A stretch of 64,000 nucleotides of DNA from Geosiphon pyriformis uo1 (taxonomy: Eukaryota > Fungi > Glomeromycota): contig JAAOMT010000003.1 of assembly GCA_016748015.1 (NCBI GenBank), positions 872,373 to 936,372 on the forward strand. Reading direction: 5' to 3'. Positions 1 to 13,026 of this stretch are shown in pieces; the first letter of the stretch is position 1, and every line of letters begins with the position of its first letter. The notes beneath the pieces are model-generated. The model saw nothing but the letters and a program-made list of their open reading frames with translations. It did not search any database and was not told the DNA's origin. The translations under genes and the position numbers were made by a program.

Positions 1-883
1 CAGTGGTTTTTTATTTTTATGGTCCTGAAATGATTATTGAAGAATAGGCAACAAGAACCCACACTTATTCTGAATATATCAAAACTAAAGGGGGATATGT
101 GGAAAATGAATAGGATGAAGATATCTTCTCCTGGATATTGTCAATTATTGAGGTGTTAAAGCTAGCAAATAACATTTTTAACACTGCAAAATTTAAAGTT
201 TATTTCACTGGACACGCAATCGAAGGAGTTATTCAAAGAAGAAAAAAATATATTGTTCTTTTAATTTCTTATAAAAATATCATTAGTTTAATTCAGCTTA
301 TACATTTATTTTTTTTGATATTCTTTTCAAATCATAGCTTATGCGGTATTGACAGCTCTTAAGGTAAAGGATGCTATTCTTCCAGCTATCCCTGAGATTG
401 CTGTCTTAGGATTGAAATTTATCGCAGTCACTTTTGGTCAGTCAAGAATTGGAAGCATTGTTTTCGCAGAATATATTAATCATAAATTGGAAGTTCAACG
501 TGTTAAACATTCAAACGATTTTATTTCGAACTTTATGATAAATTTTTCCCATAATCACATTTTCAGGCATCACGAAATGGAATATCGGATTACATTAAAG
601 AATTGTCAATGCCCAGATTCAAATCTTGATCAATTTAATTTGGCATATGATGTTTTTCAGTGCCCTGAGTACTGGTCACATGATCTTGATAAAGCTGGAG
701 AGAATAGGGTAGGTTAGAGAAAAATTGTTTTATTGTTTAAATATTCTCGACAACTGGACTAATTTAGTACTGATTTTGTAGAATTGTAACTCGGGGACTG
801 ATGGTCATGGAACATCAGTGCATTTTGGGCCTTATTTTAATACCACATTCAAAGATTGTCATGAATTCTTGCCTCCTATTTAA
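1..883 (+). pseudogene. Class-3 lipase-like pseudogene (3' part; Ser-less subfamily, paralogue of 39497-40859)
   Basis: Frame 3 reads VVFYFYGPEM..EE*..GGYVENE*..YFTGHAIEG with TAG at 45-47 and 111-113. The expected phase-1 donor after 228 is TT instead of GT. Exon 338-708 gives AYAVLTA..FGQSRIG..HSNDF..DCQC-like..DKAGENR. Exon 782-883 gives NCNSGTDGHGTSVHFGPYFNTTFKDCHEFLPPI*, nearly identical to the C-terminus of the 39.5 kb gene. Confidence 0.85.
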
Positions 884-2631
884 TAAAAAGTTTAAAGATC
901 AAACAAATTCGACTTTGAGTCTTTGTCCTCTAAAATACCTAAGAATGGAACAAATTTGAATTTACCATTTAGAGTTTAAGTTCACAATTCACATGGTTTA
1001 TTCTGTTAAAATTGAACTTTTTAAAGGATTTTTACAGTCTTTAATTATTAGGAAAACATAGATCAGCAGATTTCTGTTTGCCAAGTACCCAATATCATAA
1101 TTGTTTGAAATAAAATTTTTTTATTATCCCATTATCTGCCAAAAGGTTATTTTTTGAACCTTTTATACTATAAATTTGTATCAATGTCTCAAAAGCAAGC
1201 AAGTTTAGTTTAAGATATAAGAAGACTATTCAATATATCAAATTCAGTCAGCCTGTTTCAATCCTATTACTTTTTCTGACTTTGAATGTTCTAAAAGATT
1301 CATTTGATCATTTAGTAGAACCCAACAATATTTTAAATATATGATAGTATAGCCTTAAATTTCGTTCAAAAGGCACAAAAATAGACTCGAACCCAAATAA
1401 AATATTAATGGATACTTATTTTGTGAGTTTCGAATAAAGAAAATGTTGACGTCAAACTAAATCTCATTGCCTACCAATTCAAGCTTGTGTAGATTTCGTA
1501 AAGAAAAGATAGATATGGTATTTAAGCTTTATGAGAAAGATATATAAGGGTTCATGCTCCTAGAACAACATCATTAGAACTTTTCAATTCTGCCTTGTTC
1601 CTGAGTCACTACCATTCCTCTGTTGTGATATATGTCTTTTTTCGAGGAGAATATTTCTATAAAGTTTTTCATTTAAGAAAATAATTTTTCCTATAAATTT
1701 GTTGAAATTTCTTTTAATCATAGATTTAAAATTTATATTTACCTCTCGGAAAAATCATTATTCGGTAACGGTTTTGAAATATCGATTAAAAGACTTAGAA
1801 AAATCAATTCGATGATTAAAGCGTAAAAAAAATGTCTCGTGAACATTTTGAAAATATTTTTTGCTCTTGTTAACTTTTTTTTTAACAAACCTTTGAAAAA
1901 TATTGGGGCTCATTCAGGTAATTTATAGTCTTTACTTCCAAACCCTGGGCTAGATTGTGGATGATTTATCGAATATGAGTAATCAGTTCATATAAAGCAT
2001 GATATTCTAAATTAAAATCAAAGTAGTTTTTATAATCACATTTGAGGGTGGTTCATTAAATTAGTATATGATACGAATTTTTTTATCTTTATTGATTTCC
2101 TTAACAGAAATGTTTGTTGACAGTTTGGATTTCGATTTTAATGTCAGTATTTAGTAAACAAATCAATTTGTGTTGTCGATTTAGACCTAAAGTTTAAAAA
2201 TAACATTTAATTAAAAGTACTTTCTTCAATATCACGAATTAGGGTTCTCCGCTCTCAATTCTGAGGCTTAGTTGGCTTTTAAGATTCAGTTGCAAAAATA
2301 AATTATTCGATGACGTTATTGAAAATGATATAAACAAAAATAACCAAAGATCGATTTCTAAATCACTATAGAAGGAATTCTTTGAAATTTCCCCAGGATA
2401 TCGAACTCATTATTTCTGATTTAAACATTTCATATTTAGTTTTTTTATTTTAAAAAAGTTTACTTGTTAACTTAATATTTTAATTTGAAGGTTATTTTAA
2501 AAGGAAAAATATTTCAAAGTCATATGTAGTGAGAAAACAAAATTTGGTAGATTTACAATATCTTAAAAAATTTAAATTTAGTTTCTTGTTTTGTGAATAA
2601 TGTTCATGGCGAGGGGGTTATATGGTTGGTT

Positions 2632-3183
2632 TTATATAAATTTTCTGGGTAAAACATGAGGTCGACGAGAAATTTTTTTTGTAGTTTTCAGTACTATTGG
2701 AAATGTTTCACTTTGTCGGCTAGTAGGATATGGGTCAGATAAATGAAATGAAGATTTTCTTGATAAAGAGGAATTCCCATTTAATGGTGGATTTATACTT
2801 GAACGTTTTCCTTCCATTTTTTTTAGCCTATTTGACACTCGTCTTTCCAAATTTTTATCTTGCAATCTTAAAACGTTGAAAAAATTCGTAAAGATCAAAT
2901 CTGATGGGTCATTTTTATCATCAGCAACATCATTATCCAAGATATTTTCCGATGATAATAACTCCTCAGAACCCATATATTTTTTCAGTTTCTTATTTAT
3001 TTCATTCTGGTTTTGGCTCAATTCATTTCGCATAATGTTTAAAAGTAGAGAGATCATATCATCTCGAATATCACCGAGTAATGGTAAAGAGTTTTCAATG
3101 ATTGATATTGGTTTCGCTGAACGTCGTCGAAATGATTTTCTCCATATTGCAGCTGAGCTTCTTTTTAAGCCAGACATTTTCAA
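2632..3183 (-). CDS. Hypothetical basic Ser/Arg-rich protein (183 aa)
   Basis: ATG-initiated single ORF with natural composition and a (TA)n tract upstream; no recognisable domain. Confidence 0.5.
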   Translation of the reverse strand: MKMSGLKRSSAAIWRKSFRRRSAKPISIIENSLPLLGDIRDDMISLLLNIMRNELSQNQNEINKKLKKYMGSEELLSSENILDNDVADDKNDPSDLIFTNFFNVLRLQDKNLERRVSNRLKKMEGKRSSINPPLNGNSSLSRKSSFHLSDPYPTSRQSETFPIVLKTTKKISRRPHVLPRKFI

Positions 3184-4632
3184 TTTAGTATTTTTCTAGA
3201 ATATAGTAATATAGTAATTTTCAATTTTTTGAAACTTGAAACTTTTGAGTTTTTAATTCATGGGAGGTCTGTACATTATATATATATATATATAAACAAC
3301 ATAGAACTATTTGTCAGGCACGATTTGTAAATCAACGATTGTTCCATTTATAGTGATGTTTATTTTTATAAAAAATCTCAAATTACCGTTAAAGGTTAGG
3401 CGCAAATTCAAAAATGCATATTTCGTTTAACGATCTTTCAAATTCATGCATTGTGGCTATATTGTGGCTCTAAAAACGGATCAAAGCATTAGAAAAGTCT
3501 AAAAATAGCCGCTATTACAAGTTATCAAAAAAGTATATTTTCATAGTGGGATGATATAAAGGAAGCAGCCTCATGACCCTGCAATTATGTTGAACAATAA
3601 AATATCAAATAGGTCTGAGATTTAAAGTTACAAAAATTTGCAGAGATTTTAGACTCTATCATTCTTAAAAGCTCTTTAGAGGAAAACTTGTTAGAGGGCT
3701 TTTGGACCAGATTTTATTATGATCTGATTATTAATATTTACAAAAATAGAAATCCAAAAACCCTCTTAAATAGGGTTTGAAAATGTGTTCAAATATGCAT
3801 AATACCAACTATCATTGGTCCGATATAAAACTATTTTTAAATATGCAATACTAAGCTCAATCAAAATGCAGCAAAGATTGTCAAACATTTGTGTGTATTT
3901 TTCAGTATGAGAGTTTGATCAAATTTTAAATATAATGCGGATATAAAAAAATGTTTCCTTTTTTCACCCTCATCATATAAATCCCAATAATGTTTAAAGC
4001 TTCAGATTATAACGTTTTCAATTCATGTTATCTTGGAGAAGCAAAAAAATTATTGACCAATTATGAAAACCTTAAAAAATATTAAGTTTAAAAATGATTG
4101 ACAATTAGAAGATTAAATCTCAAAAAAAATATTTAAAATGATATTAATCAATTTAAATCTTATTAATTTTGTCCCTTTGATATTATTAAAATCTTCATGT
4201 ATTATTAATGACAAAAACTATGGAAGCTGATTTTTTTGACTCATTATATGCATTAAATATCAAAATTTGATATATCTAATTATTTTCAATTGTTCTAAAT
4301 GTATTTGATGTTACACCACTGTTATGATAAAAAAAAACTGTTTCTTAACACTTTTTTCTTTTATCAAATTTAATATCCGAAAGTTTGTTTACCAGATTAA
4401 GAATTTTATCCCCAACTAAATGTTAAATTATTTAACCAACCAGATCTGGGTATTATTCAATAAATCTTCAATGTAACACACAAAATTTCCTAGATTCCTT
4501 AATTCGGGCGTTAAAGTAATAAAAAGTTTTTGACCCACATCCACGTTTGTAAGGCAAGAAAATTTTTTATTTCTTAAGGATGAATCTTATATATAACCCT
4601 TCAGTCAAATCTCAAGGCAAATTATTTACTTC

Positions 4633-4783
4633 TTAATAATTCATATTTCTTTGTCGATTTTCTTAAGGATTCAATTCTTTAGAATCTCGCTAAACATCCA
4701 ATTTACACTCCTTTTAATTAATTCATATTTGTCGATTTTTTTTAGGGATTAAATTCTTAAGAATCTCATTAAACATCCAATTT
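4633..4783 (+). repeat. Tandem duplication (two ~70-80 bp units) just upstream of the lipase ATG
   Basis: The units aattcatattt..gtcgatttt..ggatt(c/a)aattctt(t/a)agaatctc..taaacatccaattt occur twice. Confidence 0.8.
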
Positions 4784-4815
4784 AACATTATCCAAATATT
4801 TTCATATCTTTTGCA

Positions 4816-6013
4816 ATGGAGTCATTCTCAAGACGAAATAAATGTTCCAAATTTTCGCTTGCTACTTTGATAACTTCCTTTTGTGTCGCTTCTATTATTT
4901 GTCATAATGTTGCTGATGCTGTACCATTTTCCAATAAACGAAATTTGGAAACATCGCAAACTTTTTCTAATCAACTATTCGATGATTTTACCAAATTTGC
5001 CCATTATTCTCGTGCAGCTTATTGTAATCTTGATCGTGTTCGTAATTGGAATTGTGGTGAGGATTGTGATATTCTTTCTGGTACACAGATTATGGCCACT
5101 TTCGATACAAAGCGTGGGACTCAAGGTGACCTATTGCTTTTTTTAATTAGAATTGAAATGTTCATTCAAACATTATTCTAATTTTGATTAATTTATAATG
5201 AAGCCTTTGTTGGAGTGCATGAACAACAAAAGAATATTATCATTAGCTTTCGAGGTACTGATCCAACTAATCTCAAAGATCTTTGCACCGATGTCAAATT
5301 CTTGTTTGTGGATTACCCTTTAGCTTCAAATGCAAAAATTCATCGAGGATTCTTGGAAGCTTATCAATCTCTTAATGGAGATGTCGTGGAGCAAGTAAAG
5401 AGCTTGGTAAAAACTTATCCTTCATTCAGTGTTCGTGTAGCTGGACATAGCTTGGGTGGTGGTAAGTGATCTCGTATATAAAACCAAATTTTCAAAGTCA
5501 TTTTATTAGTTTCCTTTTTTTAATTGTCTTAATTTCATTATTTTTCTAGCATTATCTGTGATATTTGCATTGGACCTGAAAAACCAAATCCCATCTCTAG
5601 TATCCAATCAAAACTTTTTCATTTACACTTATGGCCAACCTCGTATCGGCAACAACGTTTTGGCTAAATATATTGATAGTCAAATCTCGGTAAACCGCAT
5701 TACGCACACTAGTGATCTCTTAACACACATGCCCTCTCGCTTGTTTGGATATCAGCATTCATCAGGGGAATATTGGATCAAAAATGATTTGAAGACATTT
5801 AATACCAGCACTATATATTGTGATGGCACCGAAAGCTCGGTATGTTTTGTGAAAGCTTTTTTGATAAAATTGAGTTCAAATTCTTCTTATTTAACTTTTT
5901 TTCTCGGAACTTTTTAAATCTAGAAATGTTCAAATTCGATCCCAATACTTCAACTGAAAATGACCACCCATATGGGCCCTTATTTTGGTGTATCTATTAA
6001 TCATTGTACCTAG
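4816..6013 (+). CDS. Secreted class-3 triacylglycerol lipase (Rhizomucor/Rhizopus-type), 4 exons: 4816-5125, 5204-5461, 5550-5839, 5924-6013
   Basis: Signal-like N-terminus, SRAAYC, ISFRGT, IHRGFL, GHSLGG nucleophile, YGQPRIGN, THTSDLLTHMP and terminal HMGPYF. GT-AG introns keep the frame. Confidence 0.93.
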
Positions 6014-6600
6014 CAAAAGATTACTCCTAAGCGCTAAAATCTTATTCCACCTATTTCCGAGATGAGAAAAAATTGTTATTTTTTTTAACAGTTTCTTCTA
6101 AACCGGGAATATTCTCATTTTCGAATTCCCTTTAATATTGGCACTAATTTATAGAAAATTAGAAAAAACTATGTAGATAGTCTAGATGTATTTTAGTGTT
6201 TTATTTCATTTTCATGATAGCAGTAATTAAAGAATAATTTCTTTGATATTCAACCAATTTTTCTTGGAATATTTCAAAGAATCTTAATTCATTATTCTAT
6301 GTAATTTTTTTTATTTTTGACGACATAAATTGTTCAATAGAATTTAGATATCTTGGAAAAAAGCTTGAGAAGTTAGGATTTTCCATAATTTCTTATTTTA
6401 TTGTTAATTCTATTATGTGCTCATTTGTTGAGTGAATTTTTAATATAAGAAATTTCTGGTTTACACAAGATCATTAGTTTTTCGGGCCACTTAAATTTTC
6501 AGAAGTTACTTATTAAAATTACAATTAAGAAATTGAAAGTTGGTTTCTAAATTAAAAAAAACAAAACAGGATAAATAACATTTTTGAAAATGAAAACCCT

Positions 6601-7776
6601 TTAAAGTTCTTCATACAATTGAAAAATATTCTCTAGCTCTGTACAAGCGTTATCTTCCTGCCTTTTGATTGAAATACGAATATATTTTAATGCTTTATGG
6701 GTGTCTCTAGTAACACCCCAACTCTTTTGATTACACACAGCAAGTGTATAGTATAGTCCTTTTGCCGGATCCTGATGTTTTGCAGCCAATTCAGCCCAAT
6801 AGTAACCCTGTCTGGAATACTTTGGAGGTTTTTTTCTAAAAAGATAGTGATAGGCCATTGCATATTGGCCGAGATGATAGCCGTTTTTGGCGGCTATTTG
6901 GTACCATTTAAAGGCCATTTTATCATCATTTTCAATACCAATTCCATTGTCATAACAATATCCAAGCATATAACAAGCTCCAGGATGTTTCTGATCAGCG
7001 GCTTTTTGGTAATATTTTACTGCAGCAGTTTCATCCTGTGGAATACCATGACCAGAATCAAGAAACCCGGCAAATTTGTATTGAGCTTGTGCATATCCTT
7101 GAAGAGCAGCCTTTTGATACCAAATGATAGATTCTTTCAAATTCTTCTCACACCCAATTCCCATATATTTACGATAACCAACAATACTTTGTGCAGCTGC
7201 ATTTCCCCTTTTTGCAGCCTTTAAGAAAAAAGTCATCGCTATTTGTTCATTCTTTTCCACCCCAATACCATTACTATAACACCACCCCATAGACAACATC
7301 CCTCGAATACAGCTAGCTTCAAAGCTTTTCCTATAACATAAAACAGCGGTTCGATGGTCTTTTCTAACAGCCTTTCCATGGCAATAGCAATCACCAAGAG
7401 ACCCCTGGTGAAATGCGTCACCATTCTCGGCAGCTAATCTATAGCAATCTAATGCTAGCTCATTACTGAATTTGGTGCCAATACCCCATTCGTGAAAAAA
7501 ACCAAGTAATCCAGAAAAGGGAAATTTGTATTTTTCATCATTCAATTTTTCAAATATTCTAACAGGATCCAAAGCCCTTTTTTCAAGAATTTCCTTGATT
7601 TTCTCGCCAATATCAGTCCTTTCGATTAAGACCACACTTTTCTCAAGTTCCTCATTAAAATCTTGTAGCATTTGAAAAGTATCATCGAATCCATGACAGT
7701 TAGATTGATTTTGACTAAAATAGTTGGTTGAAGTTATGAGCTGTTTTTGAAATGCGAAATCTTGTTCACGCGGCAT
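6601..7776 (-). CDS. Sel1-like repeat protein (391 aa, ~7 repeats)
   Basis: Repeated LGxCYxxGxGV..D...A..WYxxAAxxG units. Confidence 0.92.
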   Translation of the reverse strand: MPREQDFAFQKQLITSTNYFSQNQSNCHGFDDTFQMLQDFNEELEKSVVLIERTDIGEKIKEILEKRALDPVRIFEKLNDEKYKFPFSGLLGFFHEWGIGTKFSNELALDCYRLAAENGDAFHQGSLGDCYCHGKAVRKDHRTAVLCYRKSFEASCIRGMLSMGWCYSNGIGVEKNEQIAMTFFLKAAKRGNAAAQSIVGYRKYMGIGCEKNLKESIIWYQKAALQGYAQAQYKFAGFLDSGHGIPQDETAAVKYYQKAADQKHPGACYMLGYCYDNGIGIENDDKMAFKWYQIAAKNGYHLGQYAMAYHYLFRKKPPKYSRQGYYWAELAAKHQDPAKGLYYTLAVCNQKSWGVTRDTHKALKYIRISIKRQEDNACTELENIFQLYEEL

Positions 7777-7817
7777 GGATAAAAGTTAAGTGGAAAATGG
7801 GAATGAACACATTTTTC

Positions 7818-7842
7818 TATATATATATATATATATATATAT
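7818..7842. repeat. (TA)n microsatellite upstream of the Sel1 gene
   Basis: Direct read. Confidence 0.9.
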
Positions 7843-8108
7843 CGAATGAAACTGTGGTTCTGTCATCACCAGCTTTCTAAAAACTGATTATGGAAGATAT
7901 TTTGCAGATCTAATTTGGCGTTTTGTTACTTTTAGGAAGGCTCCCTTTTGCCCAGAATATCAAGACGTCAGTATTAGCTACAGTTTAAAAGTTCCAATCA
8001 CCTAAAATTTTTTTGAGCAACCTGCTTTTATGAAAGAATTATAAGGTTACCATTTAAATTATAATTACTCTTTGTTTTTCATCAGAGTGATTCAGTATTT
8101 TAATTCAC

Positions 8109-8418
8109 TTTGGAAACTTAATAATGAAGAATTCAAAAATAATTTAGAATTCGGCTCTATATTTTGTTTTAAACTTAAAGTAATTTATTAGAAAAACTTT
8201 GTTTATCAACGTAAAAATATGAGGTAGGATCAAAGGTTGATTTTTCCAATTTAAAATTTGATACGTATATTTGATATGCCAGATGACAAAAGAATGACAT
8301 AAATTTCGCTTTCAGCTACCTTAGTTTTTAATGTCAAACATTTTTAATTTCCGAAACTTGCTCGTTCGACGGTGGCTCGATTAATATTAGACTCAGAAAG
8401 TCAAATTACCTATAATCA
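8109..8418 (+). repeat. Non-coding repeat copy 1 (inverted relative to 18721-18988)
   Basis: tttggaaacttaataatgaagaa, aaaaactttgtttatcaacgt, atgacataaatttc.ctttcagcta, catttttaatttccgaaa, ggtggctcgattaat and attacctataatca all have reverse-complement matches, in order, at 18721-18988. Confidence 0.85.
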
Positions 8419-9192
8419 AGGGATGCGAATGCGGCAGGAAATATTACTCTGTATGAAGTATCAATTGTTCTAACTGCTGACCACCAACCATTTCCTCCTT
8501 TTTGCAATGCCAATCACACAAGATACAACCTTGCAAACGAACTCCTTTCAGTCGTGATACCAGAATTGGTTACCCGCGACTCCATTCGAGATGAATGAAT
8601 ATGATTCCAACATGTTCACTTTGTCTGGTTTTTCCACCATATTAATTATAAAATTTATGTCTTGCGTATGTTTTAATTTGTTAAAAAACTTATAAAACAA
8701 TATTGTATTTTCTGAATTTTATTCTCTATGACAGAAATTAGGAATTTGAACCAGGAACGGTTTAAACTATTGTTAGCTTCATATTGCATTTCTAATTTAT
8801 TCAAATAGAAGAACTATTTCTTTTCAAAGCTTTTAATAATAAACCTAAATTCTTATGTAACTGTGTCATTATTCTCGGCCTTAAATCCACATGCTGTTGA
8901 AAAATTTAGAACACAATAAATTATAATTCAAATTCAAATTTTTTTTTCCTTTTTTGCTCATACATAATTTTAAAAAGGATTTTCTCGCTTCACTTAAATT
9001 TTAATTCAAATAAACAAGATTTTCCCCTTTGTAAACTAGCACATTTTGCCTCATTTAAACACAGCTTTTTACTTTGTGGCTGGTCTAAATCGTCCAGAAT
9101 ATACTACAGGTACATTTAGGATGTTCTCTTAATCAATTCTCGAGGGCTTTTAATCTTTTCAAAGCCAGGCTTTCTTTTGAAATTTTATAGTT

Positions 9193-11089
9193 TCAAGTCA
9201 ATAGAATTTGGGTGATTTGCACGAATAATGTTATAATGGAAAGGTGAAAAATAATTTTCCAGCTGCCAATTCCAAAAACCATCTTTCTACTTGCTGTTCC
9301 AATAACATTCTTTAACTCTTGGGTTTGACTATAAGCAAGTATGTTTGGACTTCCCGTGCCCTCTAAGCCACTCACAACATTCTTTGTTGAGATTAACAGT
9401 AATTTATCGGCAACATCTTTCGGTGTTAGGTGTACTTCGGTAAACTCACCCATCATAAGGGCAGCAATACCAGCAACGTAAGGTGAAGAAAATGAAGTAC
9501 CCGATTCCACTCCAATTGATGAATTTGTAGGGCATGAAAAATCCGACATCACATATTCCCCTGGGGCGAACAAGGAAACACATGGACCAATATTGGACCA
9601 ACTAGCAAGTGAATCATTCACATCAATAGCTCCAACCGTGATTGCTTGGTCTGAACCAGCGGGTGAAGTGCTGCAAGCGTTGTCTGGTTGACCGAATTCA
9701 TTGCCATTTCCTGCTGCCACCTATCAACAATTGATGATATGTTTAGAAAGGTACAAAGCCGATCTCTGTTTTTGATTCGAAACCAGAATATTTACCACCA
9801 CAACTATTCCTAGTCGTGTCATTTGATTAACCGCCAAATCAACCAATCGGTTTCTTCCAGTGCCAAGCGAGAGACTGAGATGATATATAGAATTCCACAA
9901 TTGCTGTAACTGAACGGTGAAAATGTTTAACCTTTAAAGACTCATAATAACATCCCTTACTTTGCAATGGATGGTCTCTTTGTCTTACTATGTTGACGAA
10001 CTACGTATTCAATTCCATAAAGAATCCCACTGAGAGAACCTTCACCATAATCGTTTAATACCTTTAAAAAATTCTCGGCAAATAGAACTGTTTTTGTTAT
10101 CTCAATAAAAATAACATCAAATGAGAAATACCTTAACAGCAATTAGATTGACCTTCTTCGCTACCCCAAACACCTTGCCACCGATTATACCTAATCAAAA
10201 TGTACCTGAAGCTGAATTGAGAGACTTGAAGGGCTTTAATTAAAAATAGTAGATCTACCAGCGACAAAAGTTCCGTGACCGACTTTATCAACATTATTAA
10301 GTGAGTTTTTAGCTGTAGTGATACCCCATGTTGCGCGACCCTCGAAATCAACATGATGAATGTTGATACCTCTGGTAAAGTGAAATATCAAGTAATGAGC
10401 ATTTTTCTAAAATTGTTAAAATTAAAAAACTTCAGCTTACGTGTCAATGACGTAGACGTCTACTCCCTGACCCCCAGTTTCATGAAACGTGAAGGTTTTG
10501 GAGAGCGGTAAAAATCTTTGGTCCATCCTATCAAGCCCCTAGGAAGAGTCAAGCATTAAAAATATAATCAATTCTTGATCTTTGGTTTAGGTTCATGTGA
10601 GTAAAGAAATCTTTCATGGGAAAACAATCGCCATAATATGAATCTACTAACCCAACTCTTGACGTTTTCTTGCTCCAACAAATCTCTTGCCATCTTTATA
10701 AATTCTACTTTTCCTGGATCTATGGTTTCATTTTTTTTTGCCAAAGAGGGCATGCAAATTTCATCATCCTCGTTTATTGGTATTGACCCTTTGTTGTCTC
10801 TATTGCCATGTATAGGGCTGGCTTGTCTTACAACAACATCATCAACAATAAACCAGTCTTCCCGTGCCCCCACTTGTTCCTCCAGATCTGCATAATCAAA
10901 TTCACCGGGCAGGATGTGCAAGTCGCCCAGACTTATTAATTCAGAAACATTAAAACAATTTGATATAATTTCGAGGTCACGACCGCGAGGTGGCGTAGTG
11001 AAAACCAACAATGTGCGGTTACGATCAGCCAAAGTGAGATTAAATAATTGGGAAAGAAAAAAAAAACCTGAGAACATTAAGCAATACAT
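9193..11089 (-). CDS. Subtilisin-like serine protease (S8, proteinase K type), ~7 exons, with signal peptide and C-terminal hydrophobic tail
   Basis: Spliced reading SWGLDRMDQ..GQGVDVYVIDTGI (Asp)..DFEGRATWG..GHGTFVAG (His)..GVAKKVNLIAVKVL..NLSLG..VAAGNG..SPAG..SNIGPCVSLFAPG..GTSFSSPYVAG (Ser). Confidence 0.92.
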
Positions 11090-11705
11090 TTTTTTTAGAT
11101 TTATGTCACATAACTACGACTCGAAAGGGAATCTATAGAAATATCTTTTAAAGCTTTTTTGCCTTCATGATTTGAAATTCTCAATCAGTTTGTTGTAAGG
11201 GTGACTTCAGGTTGAGCAATATATCAGGTGTTATCTTGATGGGCTGATTGAAAATACTTGATAGAGTAATTTCAAGTAATTTGTTTCCAGCCAATCAGAA
11301 AGGACTCCAGAGCACTCCGAATTGACGTAAGAAAACTTTTTTTACATGATTAAATCCACAGCTCAGTGTAGGATGGGTTGATGTATCTTTGGTTCTAAAC
11401 TATTATAAGACCTCGACTCAATTATTTGTTAGTTTGAAGATACCGGGTGTGTAAAAGTTCTTGGCTTTGTGATTGGAAATGTGACACGAAGGAAATTTAA
11501 AATTTATTTGGGGAATATGGTACTTAAATACAATTTACATAATAATGTATAACAGATAATCTTTAGAAATGATTGTTTGACTCATTAAAAAAGTTCAATG
11601 ACCATGTTAATCACACAACACCAAAGGAATTGATTCATACTTGACAAATTTAAGCGCATTCATTTTCCCAGTTGAACTTGAAAAGGTTCATCCTTTTGAT
11701 TACCA

Positions 11706-13026
11706 TCAATAATCCTCACGAGGTTTAAGGGCACAGGAATAAAGTAAAGGTAAATCCAAAGAAATTTGTCCTATTGAAGATCTATTTGAAATCACGGCAG
11801 CTTCGTATCCGGGAGGATCATTTAATAAATTCACAATTGATTCCCTATTGATTAAAGCTATTCGGGGGTCAGGGTCAGAATGATGGAGTTCCACCACAAA
11901 ATGTTCATCAGTTCTATTTGACGTTGATGCGGAATCAAATGCTTCTGCTCTTTTTGAACATTTTCTTGCTGGTTTATGTTCAAACATTGGTCTCATTGAG
12001 GCAGCCTGAGTTGTCCAAGTATAGACAATGGAGTCAATGAGGCCACCCAAAGTGAAGAGACAGCTCGCAAAAACAACCCTTTTAATGGTTAAAAGTAGAT
12101 TATTTGATTAGTAAAGTTGTTGAAAAAACTTAAGGTTGTGCTTTATGATAAAGTGCCTACCATGTATATGGAATTTTATCTTCCAAAGCCCTCACATAAC
12201 GAGCTTTAAAAATATGTGATGTTTATTCAGTTATTATAAAAATAATTGAAATGGCAGAAAAGGTTTGAGCTTACCGATCGCGATCGGAAAAACAAGAAAA
12301 GAGTAAACTACTGGATAGAAGATCAATTTCAATCCGGTTTTACTTAAAGCTTGTCTCCTAGTGTTCGCGAATATTATTTGGCGGCGGCGAGCCAAGAAAA
12401 ACATTAATCCATACATTATAAACATAAAAATGAGAGACGCCAAAATCAAGCCGAAATGCAAGAAGGCACGCCAATATGTGTATTCAGGATTAATGCAACA
12501 CCATAGTGTGTTGGATGGATTAAAAAACCGCTTTTGGGGTGTGTCCAATATAAAACCAGTGATTGGAAACCCAATAGCTATGGGCCAAATAATCCAAATT
12601 GAGACATTTAGGTACCACCGTGGGGCAAAAGAACCAAAAAGCTCTTTGTATGTGTAAATGCAAATTGATACGGCCCACAAAGCTATAATAATTATAAAAA
12701 ATTTGAGCTTAATATTAAACATAAAATCCGCACGAATGCCTTTTGTGTATACCTGTTCCCATTGACCCAATATTGATTAGAAGGCCTTGTATTGAGCACC
12801 AACTTCCAATGCTTATATCACCTTCTGCAATCCAATTTAAACTGACCATCATTCCAAGGCTGAGTAGCCAGTCAGAAATCATCAAATTTAATACGAGAGC
12901 TTTTATTCCAAAATCTAATTTATTTTGTGCCAATATCCAGAGTATCGCTCCAGTTACAGCAAAATTACTCAAAACACTAGAGGTGGCGAGAAAATACAGT
13001 CCCTTAACCAAGTGATCGTAGTCCAT
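11706..13026 (-). CDS. Git3/Gpr1-like fungal GPCR, 4 exons
   Basis: NLMISDWL, WCSIQGLLINIG, WCCINPEY, KLIFYPVVY and GLIDSIVY motifs with 7 hydrophobic segments. GT-AG introns join ORFs 12715-13026, 12234-12770, a small exon near 12160-12205 and 11706-12050. Confidence 0.85.

Noticed and set aside
45-113. TAG at Trp-like positions as A-to-I editable premature stops or TAG reassignment
   Set aside because: The same gene has a broken splice donor, other relics carry TGA and TAA stops too, and intact genes here end in TAG (6011-6013, 41747-41749).
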